From Bacillota bacterium (GTDB lineage: Bacteria > Bacillota > Limnochordia > Darwinibacteriales > DTU012), in NCBI GenBank assembly GCA_012521185.1, contig JAAYMV010000014.1, positions 3,082 through 67,081 on the forward strand: a stretch of 64,000 nucleotides of DNA, read 5' to 3'. Positions 28,456 through 39,185 of this stretch are shown here, piece after piece; the first letter of the stretch is position 1, and each line of letters starts with the position of its first letter. Made by a program: the position numbers and the translations under genes. The notes beneath the pieces are model-generated. The model did not search any database, was not told where the DNA came from, and saw only the letters and a program-made list of their open reading frames with translations.

Positions 28456-28952
28456 TATTTGTTCCCCCTGTATGTTTCAAGTTCTTGAATCATTTTGATT
28501 AGTTTACTATTATGTACACTATCGGCTAGGTCTTGGCTGATCGCGTGAACCACAAATTGGTCAGTATCGGGATTCACGTCGATGGTAACGGTTCCAGGAG
28601 TAATTGTGATTGAATTAGCTAATAAAATTCTACCCCATCTAGTCGCAAGATTTGGCTGAAATACTACAAATTTGGGATTGATCTTTGTTTTCCCAGCCAA
28701 TAAAATTTTAGCTACTTGAATATTAGAGCTAATGATTTCTCCTAACAATGCAAAGAGATAAACTAAAAATTTAAGATACAGTTTGGGATGGGGTAAATTT
28801 TCTGGCAGTAACTGGACAGATTCACCCCAAAACCAGGCTAAAAATACAGAAATAATTAATCCAGTTAATAAATGCTGAGCATTAAAAGCTTGGGTCAGAA
28901 CTAACCAAAAGCCAAATAAAAGGATAAAAAAGCTTAAGCGATTTTTATGCAT
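28455..28952 (-). CDS. mrpE: Mrp antiporter subunit E
   Basis: 165 aa. LANSITITPGTVTIDV matches the MnhE signature. First gene of the operon. Confidence 0.7.
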   Translation of the reverse strand: MHKNRLSFFILLFGFWLVLTQAFNAQHLLTGLIISVFLAWFWGESVQLLPENLPHPKLYLKFLVYLFALLGEIISSNIQVAKILLAGKTKINPKFVVFQPNLATRWGRILLANSITITPGTVTIDVNPDTDQFVVHAISQDLADSVHNSKLIKMIQELETYRGNK

Positions 28953-29255
28953 GTAAATCCTCCTAAAACAAAAAAATTCAATAAAAAAGTCACTTTGCTA
29001 AGTAAAAAGTTAGACAAATACTTGTAAACTTCTAGTTCGACATACTTTCACTATACGCCTTTTAGGTAATAACTTCAAAGTGAAATAATAGGTGATTTAT
29101 TTCAATTATACCATAAAACCGCCTTTTTATAGGGTTTTAATTGATTTTACGTATACCACGCTCTAATGTGTAAAAGAAAAAACTTGGAAAAAGCAGGAAA
29201 AGAAAAACAAATAGAGAATGATAACTATTAGCGGCATTGATAAGGAGGCGAATAA

Positions 29256-29765
29256 ATGCCTAATAGAACGGTTTTAATGCATGGTAAGGAAGTAAAATTA
29301 TACGGAAATGAATTGGAACTAAATACCAAAGCGCCTGACTTTACGTTAATCGATAATGATTTAAATAAAGTTAGCTTACAGGACTTTGGTAACCAAGTTA
29401 AGTTAATTAGTGTGGTACCTTCTTTGGATACAGGGATCTGTGATCAACAGACACGACGTTTTAATCAAGAAATAGTGAGTTATCCCAATGCAGTAGTAAT
29501 TACCGTTAGTGTTGATTTACCCTTCGCCCAGAAGCGGTGGTGCGGGGCATCTGGTTTGGATAATGTGATTACCTTATCCGATCATTTTGATGTTAATTTT
29601 GGCAAAGCTTATGGTGTTTTAATCGAAGATTTACGCTTGCTAAGTAGGGCGATTTTTGTATTAGATCAAGATAATACAGTTGTTTATCATGAATATTTAC
29701 CAGAAGTTGGTAAACACCCTGATTATGAAAAAGCGTTAGCTGCATTAAAAAGCTTAACCTCATAG
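29256..29765 (+). CDS. tpx: Thiol peroxidase (atypical 2-Cys peroxiredoxin)
   Basis: 169 aa. The N-terminus and peroxidatic Cys context ([10 protein letters not shown], here [12 protein letters not shown]) are characteristic of Tpx. Confidence 0.85.
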   Translation: MPNRTVLMHGKEVKLYGNELELNTKAPDFTLIDNDLNKVSLQDFGNQVKLISVVPSLDTGICDQQTRRFNQEIVSYPNAVVITVSVDLPFAQKRWCGASGLDNVITLSDHFDVNFGKAYGVLIEDLRLLSRAIFVLDQDNTVVYHEYLPEVGKHPDYEKALAALKSLTS

Positions 29766-29907
29766 CAGGACGCTGGAAATAAATGTAGAACAATCAATCA
29801 TGGGAGAAAAGGGCTAAGTAGTAAGACTGGCAGTGCTGGTTTTGGCAGCTTTAGCTGCTAAGCTAGCATTAAGCTAATATATTAAACATTTTATGAGGAG
29901 GATGTCA

Positions 29908-30501
29908 ATGAAAAGTTTAAAAGGAACAAGAACAGCTGAAAATTTACTGAAAGCATTTGCTGGCGAATCTCAAGCAAGCAATCGCTACATGATCTATGCT
30001 TCTGTTGCCGATAAAGAAGGGTACAAGCAAATTCGCAATATTTTCTTAGAAACAGCAGATCATGAAAGAGAGCATGCTAAAAGATTTTGGAAATTCTTAG
30101 TTCAAGGTTTCGATGGAGAAATGCCAACAAACATTATGATTAATGCTGGCTATCCGGTTGCTCAAGGTAGCACTTTGGAAAACCTAAAAGCTGCAGCTGC
30201 AGGTGAAAAGGAAGAATTTACTGACTTATATCCATCCTTTGCAGATGTTGCTGAAGAAGAAGGATTCCCAGAAGTAGCAGCAGCTTTCCGCAACATTTGT
30301 GTATCTGAGCAAATGCATGAAGCTCGTTATCTAAAATTAGCTGATAACGTAGAAAAAGATTTAGTATTCAAGAAAAACGAAAGCATTGTTTGGAAATGCT
30401 CTAACTGTGGATATTTACATGAAGGCGATGCTGCTCCAGAAGCATGCCCTGCCTGTGTACATCCAAAAGCATACTTTGAAGTATTTAAAGAAACATACTA
30501 G
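29908..30501 (+). CDS. rbr: Rubrerythrin (ferritin-like diiron domain + C-terminal rubredoxin-like CxxC…CxxC)
   Basis: ExxH diiron motifs (ETADHEREHAK, EQMHEARY) and C-terminal CSNCGY…CPACVHPK. Likely start MKSLKGT (GAGGAGG + 6 nt). Confidence 0.85.
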   Translation: MKSLKGTRTAENLLKAFAGESQASNRYMIYASVADKEGYKQIRNIFLETADHEREHAKRFWKFLVQGFDGEMPTNIMINAGYPVAQGSTLENLKAAAAGEKEEFTDLYPSFADVAEEEGFPEVAAAFRNICVSEQMHEARYLKLADNVEKDLVFKKNESIVWKCSNCGYLHEGDAAPEACPACVHPKAYFEVFKETY

Positions 30502-30537
30502 ACTCAAGAAAGCTCGCCTAGGAAAAGGCGAGCTTTT

Positions 30538-31872
30538 TTAATCTTTTTGTTTTCTAAAGATTAATAAGACACCATCTTCTTGCAGATAGCGATTTTTGAT
30601 AGCAATCGCTTTTACATCAAGGTGAAGTGGTTGATTATTGTTTAACGATTCAGTTCGTAATTCAAAACGGTTGTTTTGTAAACTCTGATGTAGAGTTTTT
30701 TGTAGCTGATCGGTTAAAGATGGTTCTTGTAATAAAAAGTGAATAGGTCTTTCTAAAACTTGACTGAGTCGAACGCCAAGAATATCTTCAGCTGCTGGAT
30801 TCATCATGGTGATTCTAGTGTACAAGTCAGTAATTACAATACCATCTTCAATGTTATTAAGGATTGTGCTAGTTTGATCTCTTTTAGCTTCTAATTCTTT
30901 AAGTAACATGTCCACTTCAAAGCGGTCAAAATCTATGCTAGCTGCTACTTCTGGTTGTGAGACTTGGACTGGAGTGGACTGTAAATCTTCATCAATTTCT
31001 TGTTGCTTGCTAATTAGGTCTTGATTTTCTTGTCTTAATTTTTTGTTGATTTCTCTTACTGATTGTAAATCTACTTCTGTTAGTCTAAGTACTTTTTCTA
31101 ATCGTTCAGCTTCAGCCTGCAAAGCAGTATGACTTTGCTGTAGTTTTTTTAGTTCCAATTCCAGTTCGGTTTTTTCTTTCTGAATTTGTTCTAAGTTAGT
31201 TTGCGTTTCTTCAGCGTCATTACCATTTGCCTCAGTTGCAACCGCTGCGCGTAGTTCCATTAAGTTGGTTACGTCATTAAGTAACAAGTAGATTCTGGCA
31301 ACCTTGTCACGGTCATACTCGACAGCAGTCGTTACATTTGCCCAGCAATTCTTGCCTAACTTATTGCGGACTTTAAAAACTCCAAGGCTAGGTTCACTTT
31401 GCTTTGATTGAAGTGCTTTTTCAATAGCTTCATGATCATTTTTGTAAAAGAGGGTTGAAACACCACTTGACATTAAGATATCCTCAGCATTTAATCCTGT
31501 TAGTCGCGCAGTTGCTTTGTTGACTTCTATGATTCGCAAGGAATCGTTTAGAACTACTATTGGGGTTCCAGCGGTAGCTATGCAATGACTTTTTGCTTCT
31601 ATTTGTTCGTTAAGTATTAGTTTTTCATTATTAGTGCGATCGATCAAACCGCTAGCATAAATAGAAAAGCCCAACACTGATAAAACCACAATTAATCGGA
31701 TAATGATCGGTATTAGACCAGGAGTAACTAGGGCTTGAGTATAATCAAGCTCTGTATTTAATTTTAGTAAATTGATAGTATCAAGGACCCAGTACACTAA
31801 AGCAATCAATAAGCCTAGCATAATAAGTTTTTTATCTTGCTTCTGATTAGTTTGCATCTTAAACTCCTCCAT
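30538..31872 (-). CDS. Membrane-anchored PAS/coiled-coil sensor protein without recognisable output domain
   Basis: Two N-terminal TM helices, a PAS-like segment, a ~90-aa E/Q/L-rich coiled coil and a second PAS-like segment. No kinase, GGDEF or HD domain seen. Confidence 0.5.
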   Translation of the reverse strand: MEEFKMQTNQKQDKKLIMLGLLIALVYWVLDTINLLKLNTELDYTQALVTPGLIPIIIRLIVVLSVLGFSIYASGLIDRTNNEKLILNEQIEAKSHCIATAGTPIVVLNDSLRIIEVNKATARLTGLNAEDILMSSGVSTLFYKNDHEAIEKALQSKQSEPSLGVFKVRNKLGKNCWANVTTAVEYDRDKVARIYLLLNDVTNLMELRAAVATEANGNDAEETQTNLEQIQKEKTELELELKKLQQSHTALQAEAERLEKVLRLTEVDLQSVREINKKLRQENQDLISKQQEIDEDLQSTPVQVSQPEVAASIDFDRFEVDMLLKELEAKRDQTSTILNNIEDGIVITDLYTRITMMNPAAEDILGVRLSQVLERPIHFLLQEPSLTDQLQKTLHQSLQNNRFELRTESLNNNQPLHLDVKAIAIKNRYLQEDGVLLIFRKQKD

Positions 31873-32017
31873 CTCAATAGATATTCCTTTTATCTTAATT
31901 CAGCGTATTAACTGAAATTTCCTTTTTATGTTATAATAATACAAGGGAAATATTTACGAAACTAGAAATTAACATAAAACTCTAGTGCATTTGTCAGTAG
32001 TAATGGAGGTTAGTTTG

Positions 32018-35000
32018 ATGGCTCGACTAGTTCATATTGGCATTGATGTAGGTTCAACAACTGTAAAAATTGTTGTTATAGATCAAGACTTCCAGTTGTT
32101 GTACAGTAAGTATCAGCGACACTACTCGGAAATTCGAGAAGCAGTAGCTGATTTATTACAAGAAGCCTATCAAGAATTTTCGGACACTAAGATTACTGTG
32201 ATGGTTACTGGTTCCGGCGGTATTGCTATTGCTGAGCACCTTGGTGTGGAATTTATTCAGGAAGTAATTGCAGGCGCAAAAGCGATTGAAACCTTTCATC
32301 CTGAAACAGATGTGGCTATTGAGTTAGGTGGCGAAGATGCGAAAATCATCTATTTTAGAGGTGGAATTGATCAGCGAATGAACGGGATTTGTGCTGGCGG
32401 AACAGGGTCATTTATTGACCAGATGGCGACCTTGTTAAAAACAGATGCCGCTGGCTTAAATGAGCTAGCCAAAAATTATAAAACAATTTATCCGATTGCA
32501 GCCCGCTGTGGAGTTTTTGCCAAAACAGATTTACAGCCATTGATTAATGAAGGTGTTGCTAAAGAAGATTTGGCAGCCTCAGTTTTTCAAGCAGTAGTTA
32601 TTCAAACTATTAGTGGATTAGCTTGTGGTCGGCCAATTAGAGGTAATGTGGCTTTCCTCGGTGGCCCCTTATCATTTTTACCTGAACTAAGACAGCGATT
32701 TGTTGAGACTTTAAACCTAACCGATGAGCAGGTTATAGTTCCTGAACATCCACAGTTATACATTGCTTTGGGTGCAGCAATTGCTTCTAAAAATACTCAA
32801 CCACTTGCTTTTTCTGATCTAGCGAGTGCTATAACTACATTAAGAAATAGTACTATTCAAGAAACAGATAGATTAGCACCGTTATTTAAAAATGAACAAG
32901 AGTTAGCTGAGTTTAGACAGCGCCATGGCCGTTATGCAGTAGAAAGAGGCAATCTTGCTGATTTAGAGGGTAATTGTTTTGTTGGCATTGATGCTGGTTC
33001 TACAACAACGAAAGTAGCGGTAATCGATGAGGATGGAAAATTGCTGTACACTTATTACAGTAGTAATCAGGGCAGCCCGCTCCAAACAACGATTAATGCC
33101 TTAAAGGAATTCTATTACTTAATGCCAAAAACTGGTCGTATAGCAAATTCGGTAGTGACTGGTTATGGTGAAGGCTTATTAAAAGCGGGATTAAAAGTTG
33201 ATATTGGTGAAATTGAAACAATTGCCCACTATAAAGCTGCTGAATTTTTCTGCCCAGGAGTAGATTTTGTTCTAGATATTGGCGGTCAAGATATGAAAAG
33301 TTTGCGGATTCGTGATGGTGTGATTGAAAGTATTTCATTAAATGAGGCTTGTTCTTCTGGTTGCGGTTCATTTTTAGAGACCTTTGCTCATTCCTTAGGT
33401 CTCGATATTAAAGAGTTTGCTGCAGAGGCTTTATTGGCAGAAAAGCCTGTAGATCTTGGGTCGCGCTGTACAGTGTTTATGAACTCTCGCGTAAAACAAT
33501 CTCAAAAAGAAGGAGCAACTGTTGGTGATATTTCTGCTGGATTATCCTACTCGGTTATAAAAAATGCTTTGTTTAAGGTTATTAAATTGCGTGATAATAG
33601 TGAGCTTGGTGGGAAAATTGTTGTTCAAGGCGGTACTTTTCATAATGATGCCGTATTAAGAAGCTTTGAACTCTTAGCGGAACGGGAAGTTATTCGTCCC
33701 GATATTTCTGGCATTATGGGAGCGTTTGGTGCAGCCTTAATCGCAAGGGAGCGCTACCAAGAAGGATATCAATCTACTTTATTGAGTGCTAAAGAAATAG
33801 ATAACTTGCAAGTTAAAACCAGAATTACTCGCTGTCGTCTTTGTTCTAACAATTGTATGTTAACTATTAACCAGTTTGGTTCAGGCAATCGTTATATTTC
33901 AGGTAATCGCTGCAGTAAGGGAGCAGGGGAAGAAGACCGCAGTGAAAAATTACCTAATCTTTATCAGTATAAGTATGAACGGCTTTTTCAATATCAGCCC
34001 TTGCCAGAGAAATTAGCTCCTCGCGGTAGGATAGGTCTTCCACGTGTCTTAAACATGTATGAAAATTATCCTTTCTGGTTTACTTTCTTTACCGAGCTTG
34101 GTTTTTCTGTAGTACTATCAGAGAGGTCTTCGAAAGCTGTTTATGAAAAGGGGATTGAGACAATTCCTTCTGAGTCTGTTTGTTATCCGGCAAAAATGGT
34201 TCATGGCCATATTGTAGACTTAATTGATAAAGGCGTTGATGTAATCTTTTATCCATGCTTGACTCATGAACGACAGGAGCAAAAATCAGCTGAAAACCAC
34301 TTTAACTGTCCGATAGTTACTTCTTATCCGGAAGTAATTAAGAATAATGTTGAGATACTGAGAGAGAAGAATATTAAATTCCTTTATCCCTTCTTGCCCT
34401 ACGATCATAAAGGGCGGTTAATTAAGCGGCTTCACGAAGAATTAGGTGAGTTGTTGGGTTTATCAAAGAGTGAAATTCGGCAGGCGATAAACAGGGCTTG
34501 GCAAGAACAAGATGAGTTTAGAGCAGATATTAAAGAACAAGGGGAAATTACGCTACAGTTAATTAAAGAAAAGGGATTAACTGGTATTGTTTTAGCTGGC
34601 CGTCCTTATCATATAGACCCAGCTATTAACCATGGTATTCCTGAATTAATCAACAGTCTAGGTATGGCTGTATTAACCGAAGATTCAATTTCCCATTTAG
34701 ATTCTGCAGAAAGACCATTGCGGGTAGTAGATCAATGGGCTTATCATTCACGGTTATATGATGCAGCCACTTATGTTTCTAAATCTGACAATTTAGAGTT
34801 AGTACAATTAAACTCCTTCGGTTGTGGATTAGATGCCATTACCACTGATCAAGTGGAGGAACTTTTAGCTGCAAAAGGTAAAATCTATACTTGTTTAAAA
34901 ATTGACGAAGGTGATAATCTAGGTGCTGCTCGTATTCGTTTGCGCTCTCTAAAGGCTGCAATCATTGAAAGAAGAGAAAAAGGCTATCAACCAGTGCTTG

Positions 35001-36262
35001 AAAATAACATAGTGAAACGTAAGCTGTTCACCAAAGAAATGCGTCGACAGCATACTATTTTAGCGCCACAAATGTCTCCAATACATTTTGACTTGTTAGA
35101 AAAAGCTTTTAGGCTCTCTGGCTATAACATAGTAGTATGTCCTTCAACAGATCGGGAAGCTATCGATATTGGATTAAAATATGTTAATAATGATGCTTGC
35201 TATCCGGCAATTATTGTCATGGGGCAGTTAATTGAGGCCTTACAATCAAATAAATATGATCCAGATAATACGTCTGTATTGGTTACCCAGACTGGGGGAG
35301 GATGTCGAGCTACAAACTACATTGGATTTTTGAAAAAAGCACTAGTGGATGCTGGTTTTCCCCAAGTCCCTGTCTTATCCCTAAATCCTAAGGGGATGGA
35401 TGATAACCCAGGCTTTAAAATTACTCTTCCACTGCTCCATCGAGCTTTAATGGCAGTTATTTATGGGGATTTGCTAATGCGCCTGTTGTACCGTGTCAGA
35501 CCATACGAAAAAATTAAAGGCTCAGCTAATATACTTTATGAAAAATGGTCGGAAATTTGTAAGAGGACATTAGAAAAACCAGGAATCATAACTTTTAAAA
35601 ATACCATTAAACAAATTGTCAACGAGTTCGATAATTTCGAGATTATAAAAAAAACCAAGCCCAGAGTGGGATTGGTAGGCGAGATTTTAGTGAAATACCA
35701 TCCGACTGCCAACAATAATGTTGTTGAGATCGTAGAATCTGAGGGAGCTGAAGCAGTGGTACCGGATATGACGGATTTCTTCTTATACTCTGCTTTAGGG
35801 CTTGATTTTAGATACCGTTATTTATCTGGTACGAAGATTGAACAAATTCTATCGCGCACTGCGGTTCAAATCATTGAATTGTATCGTAAAACACTGCGTC
35901 AAGCATTAGAGACTAGTAAACGCTTTTCACCGCCAAAATCTATCTATGAAATCGCAGAAAATGCATCAAGGATCATTTCTTTGGGTCATCAAACTGGCGA
36001 AGGTTGGTATTTGACAGGTGAGATGGTAGAGTTAATTGAAAATGGCGTGGAGAATATTGTGTGTATGCAGCCCTTTGCTTGTTTGCCGAATCATGTAACT
36101 GGCAAAGGGATGCTGCGAGAATTAAAGCGAGTTTATCCGAATAGTAATGTAGTAGCAATTGACTATGATCCTGGTGCCAGTGAAATTAACCAGTTAAACC
36201 GGATTAAATTGATGTTAGCAGCGGCTTTCAATAATTGTGAACTACAAGCACAAGCTCAATAG
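32018..36262 (+). CDS. Giant fusion protein: two BadF/BadG/BcrA/BcrD (HgdC-type) activase ATPase domains plus 2-hydroxyacyl-CoA-dehydratase-like domains
   Basis: Two copies of the actin-fold ATPase start motif ([15 protein letters not shown] and [15 protein letters not shown]). Cys-rich linker (CRLCSNNC…C). Long C-terminal region resembling HgdB/BcrB-like dehydratase subunits. Likely start at 32018 (GGAGG + 8 nt). Confidence 0.7.
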   Translation: MARLVHIGIDVGSTTVKIVVIDQDFQLLYSKYQRHYSEIREAVADLLQEAYQEFSDTKITVMVTGSGGIAIAEHLGVEFIQEVIAGAKAIETFHPETDVAIELGGEDAKIIYFRGGIDQRMNGICAGGTGSFIDQMATLLKTDAAGLNELAKNYKTIYPIAARCGVFAKTDLQPLINEGVAKEDLAASVFQAVVIQTISGLACGRPIRGNVAFLGGPLSFLPELRQRFVETLNLTDEQVIVPEHPQLYIALGAAIASKNTQPLAFSDLASAITTLRNSTIQETDRLAPLFKNEQELAEFRQRHGRYAVERGNLADLEGNCFVGIDAGSTTTKVAVIDEDGKLLYTYYSSNQGSPLQTTINALKEFYYLMPKTGRIANSVVTGYGEGLLKAGLKVDIGEIETIAHYKAAEFFCPGVDFVLDIGGQDMKSLRIRDGVIESISLNEACSSGCGSFLETFAHSLGLDIKEFAAEALLAEKPVDLGSRCTVFMNSRVKQSQKEGATVGDISAGLSYSVIKNALFKVIKLRDNSELGGKIVVQGGTFHNDAVLRSFELLAEREVIRPDISGIMGAFGAALIARERYQEGYQSTLLSAKEIDNLQVKTRITRCRLCSNNCMLTINQFGSGNRYISGNRCSKGAGEEDRSEKLPNLYQYKYERLFQYQPLPEKLAPRGRIGLPRVLNMYENYPFWFTFFTELGFSVVLSERSSKAVYEKGIETIPSESVCYPAKMVHGHIVDLIDKGVDVIFYPCLTHERQEQKSAENHFNCPIVTSYPEVIKNNVEILREKNIKFLYPFLPYDHKGRLIKRLHEELGELLGLSKSEIRQAINRAWQEQDEFRADIKEQGEITLQLIKEKGLTGIVLAGRPYHIDPAINHGIPELINSLGMAVLTEDSISHLDSAERPLRVVDQWAYHSRLYDAATYVSKSDNLELVQLNSFGCGLDAITTDQVEELLAAKGKIYTCLKIDEGDNLGAARIRLRSLKAAIIERREKGYQPVLENNIVKRKLFTKEMRRQHTILAPQMSPIHFDLLEKAFRLSGYNIVVCPSTDREAIDIGLKYVNNDACYPAIIVMGQLIEALQSNKYDPDNTSVLVTQTGGGCRATNYIGFLKKALVDAGFPQVPVLSLNPKGMDDNPGFKITLPLLHRALMAVIYGDLLMRLLYRVRPYEKIKGSANILYEKWSEICKRTLEKPGIITFKNTIKQIVNEFDNFEIIKKTKPRVGLVGEILVKYHPTANNNVVEIVESEGAEAVVPDMTDFFLYSALGLDFRYRYLSGTKIEQILSRTAVQIIELYRKTLRQALETSKRFSPPKSIYEIAENASRIISLGHQTGEGWYLTGEMVELIENGVENIVCMQPFACLPNHVTGKGMLRELKRVYPNSNVVAIDYDPGASEINQLNRIKLMLAAAFNNCELQAQAQ

Positions 36263-36292
36263 CAGATTAAAGGAGAACCGAAAGGTTCTCCT

Positions 36293-37669
36293 TTAATCTA
36301 TTAGTTGATCGGCTAGCCAGTTAATATATTCTTCGATGGCTGTGTAACCGCTAGGCATGATTTGATTGTGATTACCATTTTTAACTCCTTTTTCTTCTTC
36401 CCACCAATCAGGGATACCATTACGATTTTTGTCTGTGCGGTCGATATCGATTGTTTTAGTTGTAATATCTTGAACTTTTGGCCAAGCGCTAACTACTTCA
36501 CTTTGTGAATCAATGATTTTACCAGTTCTGTTTCGCACATCATTGACTACACGAGCATCGATGGCATCTCGGGGAAAGGCGCCAGCTTTGGCTAAAACTT
36601 CGTCAAAAGCCATCTCAGCAGAACTAGTAGTTACATAAGCAACTGGAAACGGTTCGGTTGCTTTTAGATAAGTAGACTTGCTAGGACCACTACCAGAGAC
36701 TAAAGACCATTGATCACTAGGCAAATTACCATTCATCATATTGCCTAAAAAATATCCCTGAGCGTAGGGGGCATTATCCCTAAAAGCATAGGTATTAGAG
36801 GATGAATTCGGTCCTGGTTTGTAATAGTTGTTGATAAAGTTGTATTGAGTAATGGTATCAGTATCTTCATTGTTGCCGGCATAGGTACCGCCCCAGTTAT
36901 ACATTACATTATTGCGAATGTCAACTAAAAATCCGATTGGATCATCTTTATAAGAAGTATAGTTTCCTGGACGTGGATTACGCCCGCGATTATGCGCCCA
37001 TAGATTGTGATGGAAGCTAACTCTTTGCCCATTGCTACCCCTTATTAAGGAACCATAGCCATGAGGTCGTTTCTCATGATGTGATTCATTTAATGCTTCA
37101 CTAATGATACTCCATTGGATAGTAACTAGATCGCTATCTGATACAGAAAGAGTTTCATCAATACCCCAACTTGAAGTGACATGATCAAGGATTACATTGT
37201 TAGCTCGCAATATTTCGATACTGTCTTTTTCTTGTTTGATAAGATCCCCTAAGCGAACGCGCAGATGACGGACAACTACATGATCAGTTTGAATGGCAAA
37301 ACGCTTATTGGTTAAGGTTATGCCTTTTGGTGAAGTTTGTCCAGCAATAGTAATATAAGGGTTTCTAATTATCAATTCTTCTTTTAATTCAATAATCCCA
37401 GACACTTCAAAAACCACAATTCTTGGTCCACTAGCTTCTACAGCCTCCCGTAGACTGCCCGAACCACTATCATTTAGGTTAGTAACAATATAAACCTTTC
37501 CGCCCCGGCCGCCTCGTGCATCGGCTCCAAAGCCTTCTGCGCCAGGAAAGGCTAAAACTTTACCTGCAACAGGTTCTTTCATTTTAATAAATATATAATC
37601 ACAACCAGTCAATAAACAAAGAGCGACAATTAAAGTGATTAGTACGTAGAATTTTTGTATCTTCTTCAT
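36293..37669 (-). CDS. Pectate lyase, PL1-like β-helix, predicted lipoprotein
   Basis: Lipobox LLTGC. GGRGG…VTNLNDSG…GSLREA…PRIVVFEVSG N-terminal pattern. ILDHV…WGIDE (vWiDH-like) and RNPRPG (RxPxxR-like) motifs. C-terminal NRNGIPDWWEEE motif. Confidence 0.6.
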   Translation of the reverse strand: MKKIQKFYVLITLIVALCLLTGCDYIFIKMKEPVAGKVLAFPGAEGFGADARGGRGGKVYIVTNLNDSGSGSLREAVEASGPRIVVFEVSGIIELKEELIIRNPYITIAGQTSPKGITLTNKRFAIQTDHVVVRHLRVRLGDLIKQEKDSIEILRANNVILDHVTSSWGIDETLSVSDSDLVTIQWSIISEALNESHHEKRPHGYGSLIRGSNGQRVSFHHNLWAHNRGRNPRPGNYTSYKDDPIGFLVDIRNNVMYNWGGTYAGNNEDTDTITQYNFINNYYKPGPNSSSNTYAFRDNAPYAQGYFLGNMMNGNLPSDQWSLVSGSGPSKSTYLKATEPFPVAYVTTSSAEMAFDEVLAKAGAFPRDAIDARVVNDVRNRTGKIIDSQSEVVSAWPKVQDITTKTIDIDRTDKNRNGIPDWWEEEKGVKNGNHNQIMPSGYTAIEEYINWLADQLID

Positions 37670-37680
37670 AACAATCTCCT

Positions 37681-39024
37681 TTACAAGTTATTTATCAGAG
37701 AACTAGCCTTCCAATTTAAATATTCTTCGATGACAGTGTAGCCACTATCGGTGATTCGTTTAGGTAGCTCTGGATCATTAGCATCTAGACCATGCTTAAT
37801 TTCCCACCAATCTGGGATTCCGTTTCGATTAGTGTCTACTTCTGGCTCTCCAGTAAGGATTGGCCAGCCGCCAACTTCATCTTGGGAATTTATAATCTTA
37901 CCAGTCCCATTGATTACATCAGTAATAATTCGCTGATCCACTGGATCGCGGGGTAAAGCACCCACATGGTTTAACACTTTTTGAAAGGCTATTTCGGCAT
38001 GGTCAGTATTGATTGGATAGGTAGGAAAGGGCTCGGTCTTTTTATAATCATCTCGGTTTGTAGCATAGCCTGTAACAATGCTCCAAGGGTCAGCTGGTAA
38101 TTGCCTATTCATATAGTTGCCTGCAAAATAGGCAGCTGATTGAGAACAGCGATCATCAAAGGCAACATTATGATTAGCTCTAGTACTGGGACCAGCTAGA
38201 TAATAATTATTTATAAAGTTGTATTTTGTGATTGAGTCTGAGTCATGGTTGTTTCCACAATAATCACGCCAGTTATAAAAGACATTATTGCGGAAATCTA
38301 CTAGTAAACCTTGGGGATCAAGATCATAACTGTTATAATTTCCTGGCCGAGGCATCCGCCCACGATGATGAGCCCATAGATTATGATGGAAGCTAACTCG
38401 TTCACCATAGCCGCCGCGCAGTAAAGAGCCATACCCATGTTCACCTTTGGCATGTACTGATTGATTTAGACTTTCGGCAATCATGCAATATTGGACAGTT
38501 ACTAAGTCGCTGCTAACTACAGATAGTGTTTCATCGGTTCCCCAACTAGTAGAAACATGATCTAGAATTACATTATTAGCGCTCCTAATTTCTAATGTAT
38601 CTAATTCTCTACCAGAAACATCGCCGGGACGCACCCGCAGATGACGAATAATAGTTTGAGCAGCCCGTACTCCTAACTCATAATTAGCAAGAGTGATACC
38701 GCCTGGTGAAGTTTGACCTGCTATAGTTATGTAGGGATTTCTAATAATTAGTGGAGACTCTAGCTGAATAATACCAGATACTTCAAAAACTACGATTCTT
38801 GGCCCGCTAGCTTCGACTGCTTCCCGTAGGCTGCCAGGTCCGCTGTCATTGAGATTAGTGACGATGTAAACATCACCACCACGACCACCAATTGTATAAG
38901 CACCGAATCCTTCGGCTTCCGGAAAGGCTAACAGTTGATCAGTTGAGGCCATTCCCATGGAACATAAGCTAAATAGCAAAACTGTCAGAGTGAGTAGTGC
39001 AGCTATCGGATTAATTCTACTCAT
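37681..39024 (-). CDS. Pectate lyase, PL1-like β-helix, secreted
   Basis: Signal peptide. Same motif set as the neighbouring gene (ILDHVSTSWGTDE, HRGRMPRPG, NRNGIPDWWE). The two genes are diverged paralogues. Confidence 0.6.
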   Translation of the reverse strand: MSRINPIAALLTLTVLLFSLCSMGMASTDQLLAFPEAEGFGAYTIGGRGGDVYIVTNLNDSGPGSLREAVEASGPRIVVFEVSGIIQLESPLIIRNPYITIAGQTSPGGITLANYELGVRAAQTIIRHLRVRPGDVSGRELDTLEIRSANNVILDHVSTSWGTDETLSVVSSDLVTVQYCMIAESLNQSVHAKGEHGYGSLLRGGYGERVSFHHNLWAHHRGRMPRPGNYNSYDLDPQGLLVDFRNNVFYNWRDYCGNNHDSDSITKYNFINNYYLAGPSTRANHNVAFDDRCSQSAAYFAGNYMNRQLPADPWSIVTGYATNRDDYKKTEPFPTYPINTDHAEIAFQKVLNHVGALPRDPVDQRIITDVINGTGKIINSQDEVGGWPILTGEPEVDTNRNGIPDWWEIKHGLDANDPELPKRITDSGYTVIEEYLNWKASSLINNL

Positions 39025-39185
39025 GTTAGATTCCTCCGTCTCTAGTTACTTATTTTAAGTTTTCGCTAACAATCTGTTAAAACCTGCCGATGACAGTTAA
39101 TTTAAATGTTCACTTTAGTAAAGCAGGAAAAACGGAAAGGTTTGCTGAACACTAAGTTAAGGTCAAATAACGAGGGGTGTTAAAT

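Noticed and set aside
28953-29255. Possible PerR/Fur-type box (AATGATAACTATTA) upstream of tpx and inverted repeat TTTCACT…AGTGAAA in the mrp leader
   Set aside because: Both are short, imperfect and A/T-rich, and could easily arise by chance in this composition. Not reported as features.
36293-39024. Calling the C-terminal NRNGIPDWWE motif of the pectate lyases a dockerin
   Set aside because: Only one short motif copy is present rather than the duplicated ~22-residue calcium-binding dockerin repeat, and no cohesin-like genes are in view.
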